64,000 nt of DNA from Octopus sinensis (taxonomy: Eukaryota), in contig NC_043002.1 of assembly GCF_006345805.1 (NCBI RefSeq), positions 114,080,001-114,144,000 of the forward strand, given 5' to 3'. Each line of letters opens with the position of its first letter. The first letter of the stretch is position 1. A program made the translations under genes and the position numbers. This document shows, in pieces, positions 38,431-50,532 of the stretch. The notes beneath the pieces are model-generated. The model was not told the origin of the DNA, did not search any database, and saw only the letters and a program-made list of their open reading frames with translations.

Positions 38431-38516
38431 ATTTTCCTGAAGAGAAGGCTGCAAAATGGACTCCTTATTCAATCCGAATTAGGGACTTTGCAGCCTTTGA
38501 AACATATGTAGAAAAT
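38431..38516 (+). ncRNA. Minimal type I hammerhead ribozyme
   Basis: ATTTTC CTGAAGA GAAGGCTGCAAA..TTTGCAGCCTTT GAAA C-ATAT-G TA GAAAAT: 6-bp stem I, 12-bp stem II, GUA site. Confidence 0.85.
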
Positions 38517-39632
38517 AATAAAAAGGAATTTTGTTAAATCTTCGTTTCTTCCTACACTAAATATATATATATATATATATTTATTACACACATGTGAGTG
38601 AGAACACTTTGAGATATTTTTGGTATCTAACATATGTCAGATACTGCGAGCGCTGCTTCTGATTGGTCAATCCATGGTGATGACTTGAGGTCACGGTGAC
38701 GGCACTACTTTTGTCATTCATAAGTTACAACTAAACGTGAAGAATTTAGTTATTGGGTTAATAAAATATGGTCCTTTATTCGTGTGTAATAAATAAAATA
38801 CCAAACTCATTCCCTATGGATACCGTATTTATTACAACTCGTTTACAAGCCACTCGTTGTAATAAATACGGTATCCATAGGGAACTCGTTTGGTATTCTC
38901 TATATATATTCAGTCAAACTAATGCACCTGCTTGTTATTCCTGCACCTGTCTTCGTCTTTTGTTGTTTTCTGTAAATATATCCTTTTATATATGTGTGCT
39001 GCAAGATTCTTGATGTGAAACCGTGCGTTGAAACAGATATTGTTGTATTTCGAGATAGTTATTTTTTCCCTCTTTTTGCCAAATAAACAGGCGCACTATA
39101 TAATCACTCATTTATTACTGTTCTTATTCTAATTTATGTTTATCGTCCGGAAATCTTTCGTCACACTGTCTGTGAACTCTTCAGCGACACTGGAGCACTG
39201 CCGTTCGTCGAGCAAATCGACTCTAGGGATTATTCTTTGTAAGCCTAGTACTTATTCTATCGGTCTGGTTTTGCCACACACACACACATACATATACACA
39301 CACACACATACATATATACACATACGCACACACACTCACACACGTATACACACATACATCTTGTTGATTCTTGGGAGGGTCATTATGCCAATAACGATAT
39401 GGTTACACATCTGACCAACTTCGTAATCGATCGTTGTTTGGTTAAACAATCAAAGTTTTATTCTTCGTGAAGTCCGTTCGTCGCTATTTTTCGCGACCTT
39501 TTCAATAGCTTGTCCTTTCTCTTCAACGTCTGCCCTGAAATTTGGCCGCGAATTAATCTGTAACGTGAAAGGATCTATCATCGAAACACTGGCAGGGTGT
39601 CGAGATCCTTTCTAGTCACATACAAAAATTCT

Positions 39633-39953
39633 TGTAGAAAACAAACAGACGAAACTCAGGTTAAAGGTGAACAGACAACTTGGTTTATTGATTCATGGTT
39701 GTACGTTGTCTGATGGGGGAATAGACAGCCTCTGATATACTGCTGGTGTTGGTCGTTGAGGTTGGTTGAAGTTGGTTGAAGCTGGTGTGTGGCTGTCAGA
39801 GCCAGGAAAACCGTGACCGATCGCAGTGCTGTCTTGAGCCGAAGAGAGAGATTTGAGGTTCGCGGGCTCGAGAGATGTTTTCCCACACATGCGCATGGGG
39901 AAGACTTCCGGTGGCCACCCGGAAGTAGTCCCATTCTGCGCATGCGCGCCGAA
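39633..39953 (-). mobile_element. Probable LTR (R/U5 end) cut by the assembly gap
   Basis: Minus strand ends ..AATAAA..ctaCA; GC-rich upstream with GCGCATGCGC and twin CCGGAAGT motifs. Confidence 0.5.
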
Positions 39954-40053
39954 NNNNNNNNNNNNNNNNNNNNNNNNNNNNNNNNNNNNNNNNNNNNNNN
40001 NNNNNNNNNNNNNNNNNNNNNNNNNNNNNNNNNNNNNNNNNNNNNNNNNNNNN
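39954..40053. other. Assembly gap (100 N)
   Basis: Direct. Confidence 1.
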
Positions 40054-40167
40054 AAATGGAATATTCCCAAAATTGCATGATTAACTAAATGATTTCCATT
40101 TCTTATTTAAACGTGGGCAATCCTCTTGAATCCTCATCGATACCACTTGGATACTCGTCATATGTCC

Positions 40168-42074
40168 GAAATCTATCCACGTGTGTTGTGAGTTATTTTG
40201 TAGTGAAAATTGGAAAAAAAAAACTGTTAAAATTGTCAAAAAATTGAATCGCGCGAGGCGTTTGCCGCGCTGCGTGTTTGAACCTTTTATAGAAGGTGTG
40301 TCGAACCCTCAAGTCATGGAGACTTACGCGGGGGTCGCCACAACAAAAAGTGACGAGTCTCTTAGAATAAAAGAAGTGTTCTTTAGAAAAGAACAAATTG
40401 AAGGAATACGAGAAGTTCGTCAAAAGGGAGGGTGACAGCGTGAAGCTGGTCCCGCCTGTGGAAACAATAGAAGAGAGAAATAACAAGACGATAACGTATA
40501 GAACGCAAGATAGAAAACACGAGAAAACTGGTGAGAGTGACGATTGAAGAAATCGAGAAATGTCTGGGGGACATCATGAAAAAAGCGACTTTTGTAGACA
40601 GAGGGAAGAAATATGGTACGGTGGAGGTGAGATGCGCAACAAAGGAAGTGGCGGCCTCATTGGCTTTCCACTCTCCTGAAAGCGGAAATTTCACCATGTG
40701 GCCGACGTATAAAGGAAGACGAGGGATACGGGTAAGAGTCCCAAAGGTGCCCCCAGATATTAAAACAGAAGCTGGTAACAGCCATTATTGGGGGGCAGCA
40801 AAGAGGAAGTAGAAATAGGTCAATTAAGGAGACGAACGTTGTAAATTGGAAGGGATTCGGAGTAGAGTTGTGGCTGATGGCCACAATGGAAGACATCGAA
40901 GATTTCCCTTCCAAATAGAAATAGAAACGAGAAAACAATTAGTGTAATAGTGGAAGGCAGAAAACCGAATTGCTACCTGTGCGGATCAAGAGGGCACATA
41001 AAAAAGGAATGTCCGCTGTATGAATTCACAGCGGAGCAAAAAGAGACACAAAGTGGAGAGAAGGAAAAACGAACACGAAGGAAAGAACAGCGAAAACAAG
41101 GAAAAGGAAAAACGGAGAAACAACAAGAGAAGGGACGTAACAGCGCACTGAAGGAAAATGAAAACAAGGGAAAGAAGATAGTAGAAAAGGAACAAAATTC
41201 ACAGGGTGGCAGAAGTAGTGGAGAAGAGCCAAGGCAGAAGCAAGAGAAAGAAAAGGAAAGGACATTAAAGGAAAGAGAAAAAGCAGGAAAAAGAACAAGA
41301 TAAGGAACAGAACCAAGAGAAAGGAAAAGATGGTATGCAAAAAGGAAAAGACAAACAGGAAAGGAACTTAAGGCACAGGGTAGAGAGACGACAGACAAAG
41401 AGCCAAAAAGACAAGAGAAGGAAAAGAAAGAAAGAAAGCAAAAGAGAGAAAGAGAGAAACCGAGGGAGGAGAAAAAGGGAAGTAAGTCTAAGAGAAAAAC
41501 TAGAGAAACGTAGGTACGAATAGAAAATTCAAATACTATGGAACGTTGATCCTCACAGCACAGGCAATGTGAGGAGATGGAAGATTTAAAAACGTAACAA
41601 ACGGATATACGTGGGTCAGGATGGGCACCGAATGGAAAGAAACAGGTGCACTCGTACACGAGAACGACGCCGAGGCGTCATCGAGGGCAGCTGGCAAGAA
41701 CGTGTCAAAACATATGAAATGCCGACTTACAAGGTGGCCACGAACGATGGAAGTTTACTCAGATTTGGTAGAGATAATGAGTATATATAAAAGAAAAGGT
41801 ATTGTGAAAACTTAATTTGGAAATGATAAAAAGAACTTTAAATTCTGAAAAAAAAAAAAAGAAATTTTGAACTTTGTAAACTTTTGAAATGTATGTTGAA
41901 AATGTATAAAAATGTTTTATTTGGAAAAATATTGTTGACGAATAACAAACAAATGACGAAATGTACCGCTCGATTTCGGGGATCGAGTGGCATTACACCA
42001 CATTGTACAAACTTCATTATCATTTTCCCGATTGTATGTCCATCTATGTAGCCCCTAGTGGGTAATAATAAAAC
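40168..42074 (+). mobile_element. ORF1-only derivative of a Tx1/L1-like LINE
   Basis: RGKKYGTVEVR and EGRKPNCYLCGSRGHIKKECP (CCHC); no EN/RT; ends gcccctagtgggtaataa. Confidence 0.7.
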
Positions 42075-42099
42075 AACTTGGATACTAACCATGTAGTGC

Positions 42100-45000
42100 A
42101 TTGAACATTCGTGTTTTTTTTGCGTTTATTGTAAGTTGATAATTTTTGCTGTCGTATATTATCTCTGTTATTCTCTACTGTTTGTCTACCTGTTTTGTAT
42201 ATTGCGGTCTAACTGCCGAAGTCAGCCTCGCGTCGAGGACTTCGCGTTGGTGTTTCCCCCTCCGTGGGGGAAAAATATCAATTATCTTGAAGTTACCAAG
42301 GGCTTTGTGAAGCCAACTGTTCAAGATGGAGTCCCCTTCTCTGATTCTCCCGTGACGAGTGAAGAGGAATATCCGGCGATGTCGCCAAGGAAAAAGAGGC
42401 GGTTGTCGCCAAAGAAAAAAGAGGCGACGTCACCAAAGAAAAAGGAAAACCCAGCACCAGCACCAGCTCCAGCGAAAAAATTCTCTGAAGTGGCCGGTAA
42501 AAAGATTAAAAAAATAAATGTGGAAGATTTGGAAAAATATGCGGACTGTGTAAAAAAGAGGGCACGGAAGTGACAGTGGCCACAAACATCCAAAACACGA
42601 CGAAATAGAAAAAAAAGAATAATTATAAGACATTTAACACGACGACAAAAATGATCGAAAAAATTGAAGAAAAAAAAATAGAGAACTGTCTTAAACCATT
42701 AATGGACAAATAACTTACATTACAGAGGAAAGAGATACGGCACAGTGGAGGTGCGTTTCACTACAGAGAGATAGCGAAAAAACTATCTATGGAACCGATT
42801 AAGCGGAGAACATTGTTCTCCTCCCTTGTATAAAGGGAAAAGAACATCGAGATTACGATGAACAACATTCCCCCAGAGCAGATGCCGAATGTCTGGTGGC
42901 AGCTGTGATGGTAGGCCTGGAGGAAAAAATAAACATCCTCCAGGCCACAGTGGAGAAGAGGAATTTTGGAAAGGACAGAAAATAGTAATAGCCATTCAGG
43001 CGGAAGTTCAAACACTGGAGGAAATTCCAGAAACTTTAAAATAAGTGAGGAAGAGAGAATAACAGTTTTCGTGGAGGGCAGAAAGCCGAGGTGCTTCGGC
43101 TGCGGCAAGAAGGTCATGTAAGGGCGGAATGCCAACCCCAACCCAAACCGCAGGAAGCACCTCAGCCAGGTGAAAAGAAGATAAAGTGTCACCAGAAGCA
43201 GCGCCGGGCGGCCCAGAAGGGACGACTGAAGTGGTGGAGGTGAAAAAGGCAGCAGAACCAGCGGCGGAGGAAAATAAGAGCGAGGAAAAGAAAAATGAGG
43301 AGGGGGGCAAAAATCACCAGAAAAAAAAAAAAAAAAACGGAAACCACCCCTCCCAGTGAACTTAAAAAAGAAAAGAGAGTCGATGAACTCGTATATGGCC
43401 GTTAAGGCATCAAATAACAGACTTGGAAACGTATTGGCAGCTATGGCCAAAGTGGAGAGAATAGGGAAAAAGAACGACTATGTAGTGTACAGGATAGGCC
43501 GGAAGGATTACGGACGGATAAAATCCGAATTCTTCCATGACGTAGGCCCACTTAGAATGGATGTGACATCTCCACATATATTCGAGGGCCTACGTCAGAC
43601 TCCCCCACGAGGCCCTGAAAAAGAGTTAAACAAAGAAGAGAAAGAGAAAACCGAACCACTGATATAAAGGTAAGTAATGGATTACATTTATGTTGGTTGT
43701 TTGAATGTGCGCGGCCTGGGAGCAGGCTGGAAGCAAGGTCGCTTCCTGCATGATATCAGGTCGCGTAATTTAGATGTTATTGTTGCTGCTACAGAAACCC
43801 GGTTAGAGGGCCAAGAGGTCTACTCCCGCTGTTTGACGGCTACGAGAGTTTTTTTCTCTCCTGGCAGTCCTACTGGCGGAAGTGGGGTGTTGGTCCTAAT
43901 AAAAAGAAACCGGGTTTCTGAGAAAAAGTTAATTTTTTGCAGATCCAGAAGGTAGGCTGGTCGTCCATGGATTGACGTTCAGTAACGGTAAAGTTATCAG
44001 ACTGGTTGCAATTACGACGCACCCAACCATACAGGGCAAAGTGATTATTTTCGTGAACTAGAAAACTTTCTTAGTACTTCGCATTCATTAGTTGTGCTAG
44101 GAGACTTTAACACAATTTGCAAAGCGGATGTAGATTGTGTTGGCTCGCGTTCAGATAGAAAAGTAACAGTGCTTCATGGAACTGCTAAGCCGCTTTGAGC
44201 TAGCAGATCCTTATAGGCTGGAATTTACGAACGCTCCATTGTGGACATGGTCAAACAGCGACGGATCTTCCAGGTCATATTTAGATAGAATACTAATTAG
44301 AAAAGTAGACAGAAAAATAGCTAAGTGTCCACAGTTTTACCCGATCAGCTACAGTGATCATAAAATGGTCACCTGTAAGCTTGACATAGATAAGGTTAAA
44401 AATAGAGGATCCGGTTACTGGAAACTAATACGTCCCTTTTGGCGATTAAGGAGTACAAAGACCGGATTAGGACTATAATTCAGAGGCACTATCTGGTACC
44501 ATCATTAATAATAAATGGTGGTACGCCCTCAAACGAGCCATCAAGTTCGAGTCAATTAAATATAGCATAGGAGTAGTGGCTAGAGAGGCTAGGAGGGAAA
44601 CTACTCTTTAAGGAATTAGAGGAAGCCTTGAAAACTGGCTCTGCGGCTCAGGTGGCGTCCAAGAGACTGGTGTTAAACCAGCACCTTCGAGGCCAAACAC
44701 ATGGGCTGCATTGTCAGGGCTAGGATCCGCGCAATAGGATGTGAAGGAATCAACGCCGTGAGATGGGCCCGAGTGGTGGAAGCCAGCGTGGTAACGATGC
44801 CACGATTCGATCTTTGACGAACCAACAAGGTGAGTTGATAAACGAACCCGAGGAGATGTGTGAGGCCTTTTCAGGAGCACTTCGCTCAGCTTTTCGGTGA
44901 GTGCGGCGGACTGGACAGGAGGAGGGCCTATACGGACCTACTCGACGGGCTGCCGCGCTTATCGGGGCGAGATGCGGAGGGCTGTGAAGGGCCATCACGC

Positions 45001-47013
45001 CTGAGGAGGTGGTTGAGGCAATGGCGGACTGCGGCGCGGGCAAGGCGCCGGTTTGGATGGTCTACCCTATGAGTTATATAAGAGTATGCCAGACTTGTTC
45101 GGGCACCTACTGGCGGTCTATACGAACTGGCAGCAGAACGGGCTCATACCCAGATCTGTGCGCCGGGGAGTAGTGACACTCGTCAGAAGGACCTGAGCAA
45201 GGGGGAGTGCATTGATAATTTCAGGCCCATCACTCTGCTAAACACAGAGTTGAAGATTTTGGCCAAAGTGTTATCGAAAAGATTGGCGCGTGTCGCGGAT
45301 GGTCTGATCGGGGAGCACAGACATGTGCCGTTCCGGCAGAACCATTCAGGATAATCTCCATCTAATGCGGTACACTATAGAGGGTTTAATAACGATTCTG
45401 GCAAGGTGGGGCTCTGGTCCATTTAGACCAATCTAAAGCATTTGATAGGGTCGACCATCGTTACCTGGTATCTGCTCTGGCACAGTTCGGCTGAGCCTTG
45501 GCTTCCTCAGGTGGATTATCCAAATTTATGATAACATCGACTCGGTAGTTCGGGTGAACGGCTTCTTGTCGAAGCCGTTCAAAATCAAAACGCTCGTTTC
45601 GTCAAGGGTGTCCGCTCTCCCCGCCCCGCTTTTGTACGTGATGGCTCTTGAGCCATTACTACGAACTCTGCGAATGCGGCATCCCGAGACAGTCCAGGTA
45701 ATGGAAATCGGTGCAGCGTACGTGGATGACATCACCATCATCGCAACCGAAATGGACCACCTATGTAAAGTAGGCAAGGCCCTTTATCGTCGTTTCCTTG
45801 CCCCTGCTTCGTGTTTGATCAAGTTGGAAAGACAGCTCTTCTACTTCTTGTGGAAGGGCGGGAAACCACTTGTGAAACGCTCTACTTGCTGTCCAACAAC
45901 CGTTAAAGGGTGGGCTAGGGATGCCTTGGCTGATGATGCGCAGACATGCGCTGAGGTTAAGACATCTGTGGCTCTATCTGGATGGTGAACGGGTGTGTCT
46001 CCGCTAGCAAAACTGATGTTTCCCAAGTTCACTAGTTTCGGTGGATGGGAAACCTGGCTGAATCGTAGATCGAAACTTGGTACTTGGTACACGGAGTGTC
46101 GCAAGGCTCTCCTGCTGGTCCGTCGCTCGGGTAACGCCTGCGGTGGGGGTTCCACCACATTCTTCTATAGAGGTTGGTAGAGGCGGAATGTGAAGATACC
46201 TGGGGAAACCCTAGGTCTCGACGATAATCAGCTGGCCAGTCTGTTCCAACGTACGTTCAAGCCGAAGACACTGGACAACTTCCAGAAGTCTCTGGCATGG
46301 CAATGCTACAGAGGAGCTCTACCTGTTCGGGATAAACTCGCAAGGCACGGTGGCCGAGACAGTCCGATGTCCAAGATGCGGGCGGGACAGGGAAAACCGT
46401 CCGCACGCTATTGTTCATTGTCCGGACGTGTCTGAGGTGTGGGTTTATGCCGAACAGCTGTTGTCAAGTACACCAAACGAAGAGTACAGCTGTCGACTGA
46501 GTCGATTACACAAATTGACCCACCGGATTTCCTCGCGAATGAAGGTAGTTTCGTTTTCTCGTAGTAGCAATTGCGAAGAGGTGATATGGAAGACGAGAAT
46601 GAAAGGTTTACAGTCAGGCAAGTTCATCTCCGGCCCTGGTTTGATGAATTATTTCATCTTTCACCTGAAAAGGAAGATAGGCTGGAGAGAATATGCCTGA
46701 CTAAGAAAGTGTATGAAGAACGATGGAAAGATGTAGCACGAAAGTTGCGAGTGAATGATACAACATAAATGTAAAACCAAACGAAACCAAAAGTATCAGT
46801 GGGGAGGCGGGGCTCGTGGGGTCAGAGCTAAACCCGCACCCACTCCACCCGTAATGTCTTCCGGTCTGTTCCAACATTCGATTCCTTGCTATTTTTGTAA
46901 ATTTCTGTAAATTTTTATAATTCGCTTTTTTGTAAAACCCATTCGTGTGTCTGACCCCATCATCAGATTGTATTGTCCCATCTATGTTCGCCCCTAGTGG
47001 GTAATAAAGAAAT
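42100..47013 (+). mobile_element. Full-length but frameshifted Tx1/L1-clade LINE with a 25-bp TSD
   Basis: ORF1 with zinc knuckle, ORF2 APE-RT-Cys; TSD aacttggatactaaccatgtagtgc at 42075-42099 and 47014-47038. Confidence 0.92.
43677..46768 (+). pseudogene. Tx1-like ORF2 (APE endonuclease, RT, Cys domain), frameshifted
   Basis: GCLNVRGL..ATETRL, LGDFN, SYLDRILI, SDHKMV, FRPITLLN, DQSKAFDRVDH, AYVDD, CPRCG motifs. Confidence 0.9.
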
Positions 47014-47213
47014 AACTTGGATACTAACCATGTAGTGCCTTACTGCTTTCTGCTGGATTTTACCTCGAGATAGGAACCCTGAGGAAGGAGGGCTGAATTT
47101 CGAATACTTCGTACAACAAACGGCTGCAGGTTAGGAAAAAAAATTTAATCGCCTCTTTCAATTTAGGTTTTCATTTTTCATGTTTTTATTTGTATTTCAT
47201 TGTTATGTTTATA

Positions 47214-47689
47214 TTGGGTTGTCCGGAAAGTTCGTTCCGATTTTTAAAGGAAAGTACATGGTCACTAATACTCTTCAAGAATTGGGGTGGTTTCAAGGCG
47301 AATAATCATCAAGGTATCTTTTTCGTCATCTAAGGAATTGAAATTTTCACCATTAAGACTATTCTGCAGAGACCTGAATAAGTGGAAATCCGAAGGAGTA
47401 TATCTGGTGAATATGGAGGGTGGGGTAAGTCACCCCAGCCAAGCTGCAGCAATTTTTGTCTGGTTCCCAAAGCATCAAATGCCGATAATGAATTTTTCTC
47501 ATCTTTTAATTTAAAGGGTTACAGAATTAACACAGGTTATTGGAACATAAACCTTCTTCCACGAAAAGATAGATTAAACTGTGCTCTAAATGGAGGTGTA
47601 GTAAATCCTATTTATGGACTCAAACATGTTCTAAAATAAGTCGAAAGATAAGCTACTATAAATCTGCAAGAACTTTCCGGACAACCCAA
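47214..47689 (-). mobile_element. Internally deleted mariner
   Basis: TIR ttgggttgtccggaaagttc at both ends, TA TSDs, YSP/DFHLFRSLQN remnant. Confidence 0.88.
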
Positions 47690-48169
47690 TATTCTATATT
47701 TTTATCATGAAATTCTTAATATAAATAGGTGGATATTCGTATGGAATAATACTCATGTGTTACATCTGAATTTTTTTGTCTGAATGTTTTAAGACAAATA
47801 TCCGAATTTTTATCGTATACCACATTTTATTAATACTTAGCTCATATACGGAGACAAAAATGTTGTACTATATACTGCAAGTTATCTCCATTAAAATTAT
47901 ATTTAGCATTAGAATTCTTCAAGTAGTATAAAAATGGTTATTGTCTGCATCATTCGAAGCGAAATAAATTTTGCATAAGGTGTAAAAGATAAAAATAATT
48001 TGTATGGTGTTAGTAACAAAAATATTTTGTAAGAAATAGAACTTTTATCGTCTGTCTTAAATATATTTTCGCCAGTGTATATATCTCAGGTCATCCCATA
48101 AGTTCTGTCTGAATTTTGGATAAAGAATACAAGTGATCAAATGTTATATTTAATTGAAAGTTAATCATC

Positions 48170-49145
48170 AATGTACTTTCCCTAATCATCTCTGATGACT
48201 TACCTCCATCTATTTACTAGCTTTTTAATCCCATCAACGTAAAACTCTTTTGGTTTGAAAGCGAAGAACTCTGAAATGTCAGGTTCGACCCCCCCCCCTG
48301 GCTTGCGAAAGTTGTATCCCCCTACTTTCTGTAAACTATGAAACAAATGGTATCCTGAAGGAGTAAGGTCGGGAGAATAAGTTGGATGAAGAAATTTTTC
48401 CAAACCGACCCCTTTGATCTTCTGTGATGTGATCTTTGCAGTGTGGGGTTGCGCATTGTCCTGATGAAACATCACTCGTTTTCGACTCACTAAAGCGGCT
48501 CTTTTTTCCTTCAAAGCTTGGTTCAAAACGCTCTAATTGCTGACAGTAGACTTGAGCATTGATTGTTGCATTAGGTGGTAACAATATAAAGTGAATTACG
48601 CCTTTGCAATCGCACCAGATAGAGAGTAGAACCTTTTTCCCATGAAGTTCCCTTCGGTTGTGGTTGAGAATTTTCCCTTTTACCAAGCCACTGTTTTACG
48701 ACGTCTAACATTCGATAGAAAATCCATTTTTCATCACAAGTCTATCGAAAAAGGGTGAAATGAGTTTGCGAGAATGGAGAGAAGAGCAGATGCAACTCGG
48801 GATTTGCGGTTGCTTTCGGACAATACATAAGGCACCTATTTTCCAAGTTTAGGAACCTTTCCACGTTGTTGAAGATGACGATGAACTGTTGTATGGTTTG
48901 AAGTAAGCTTTATTGTCAATTCTTCAACTGATAATGACGGATTTTCTTCAAGTAATGCCTCAAGGAGCTTGTCAAACTCAACTGGACATCCTGTTCGATA
49001 TTCATCTTCAATTTTTGCAGACGATCTCCTGCAAGTCTTTCATTCGAGCACTTTGCTATAAACTGAGTGTATGTTTCGAGTCACTTCGGCATCAGAGTTA
49101 CCTTTATTGTACTCATAAAGAATTATATGTTCCTTAAATTCTCCT
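48170..49145 (-). pseudogene. Mariner (DD34D-type) transposase fossil
   Basis: KKVLLSIWCD.KGVIHF, FHQDNAQPH, HPTYSPDLTPSGYHLF. Confidence 0.9.
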
Positions 49146-49185
49146 TGGATACTTCCATGTTGAAAGGGTTTTAATCAAAGCATTT

Positions 49186-50532
49186 TAGGGTGTCCACGAA
49201 GTCTGGGTTTATGGAATAAAATCATAACATAAACAAATAAATATAACAAATAATAATTTTCCTTTTTTACTTTTGTTTAAATTAAATTAAAAAAATACTT
49301 TACTTTCTAAATTTACTTGTTATTTTTTCTACAGATGATCGAATGATGGCTCTGTCTAAAGAAGAAAGAATCCCAGATCGAATGATGAATCTGTCTAAAG
49401 AAGAAGAATCCCAGATCGAATGATGAATCTGTCTAAAGAAGAAAGAATCGAGTTATATATTAAGTGGACGAAGAGGGATGGTCTTATCGCAAAATTGCGG
49501 AAGAATTAATCTTCCACACCCCTTGTAGGCAACCTATTTATTTTTACTGCCGTCAGGAAATTGATCAAGAAATTTAAGGAAACAGGCAGTGTTTCGGATA
49601 AACCCCGTTCCGGGCGACCAAAGACTTCAGATGAAACTAAAGAGGCTGTCGAGGCTAAAGTTTCTGCTAGCTAGCCCCCCCAATCACTTCGTCGGACATC
49701 TACGGTGTTAGGTGTTCCAAAACCAACCATCCACAAAATGCTGGTTGAGGAAAAGTTTCACGATCTATAACCTACAGATATGCATCACTTAAATTAAGAC
49801 GATCCTGATAGACGAATAAATTGGATGAAAATATCAATTTTACGAAAAACTTTGTGTTGTTCAGTGACAAAGCTACGTTTTATGTAATTGTGAGGTCAAC
49901 AGACAGAATCTTCTATACTGGTCTCGAGGTAATCCACATGGATGATCTATCCAAACAGCAGACAGCAAAAAGGTGATGGTGTGGTGTGGTTTTTGGAAAG
50001 CTCATGTTCTAGGACCCTTCTTCATTGAACATGTAACGGATGAGACTTATGCAAATATATTGAGAGACAATTAATATCTTAAATTGAGCGCCTAGGCGAG
50101 GACCTTCCGAATTGGTTTCAGCAGGATGGGGCCCCTACCCATTTTGCCACAACTGTTAGAGATTGATTTAATGACCTGAACTTTTCCTCCTCACTAGATG
50201 GAAGAAGGGTCATATGGAATGGTCCCCTCGTTCACCAGACCTTTCTCCCCTTGATTTCTTTTTCTGTGGTATGTTGAAAGAGAAAGTTTACTCAATAAAG
50301 ATTACAGATTAAAACACATGAGAGAACGCATTACCAGTCAGTGTGCTTAAATTGATGGCAATGTAGACTTATTTAATCAAGTTCACCTGAATTTTGCAAG
50401 GCGCATCAAGTTATGCATTGAAATGATGGAAATCACTTTGAAAATATTAATTTATTATAATTAAATAAAATTGATTTGTTTTAAAAGTATGTGTTAATTC
50501 CCATGTACGCAGACTTTGTGGACAACCGTCTA
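49186..50532 (+). mobile_element. Tc1/mariner DD37D (maT-like) element, decayed
   Basis: TIR gggtgtccacgaagtctg / cagactttgtggacaacc; PRSGRP, LFSD, VMVWCG, FQQDGAP, PRSPDLSPLDFF. Confidence 0.85.

Noticed and set aside
40973-41659. 228-aa hydrophobic minus-strand ORF
   Set aside because: Antisense shadow of the purine-rich K/E tract of ORF1.
47073-47120. CTGAGGA..GAAT hammerhead-like words after the Tx1 TSD
   Set aside because: GAAA is broken and no stem I can form.
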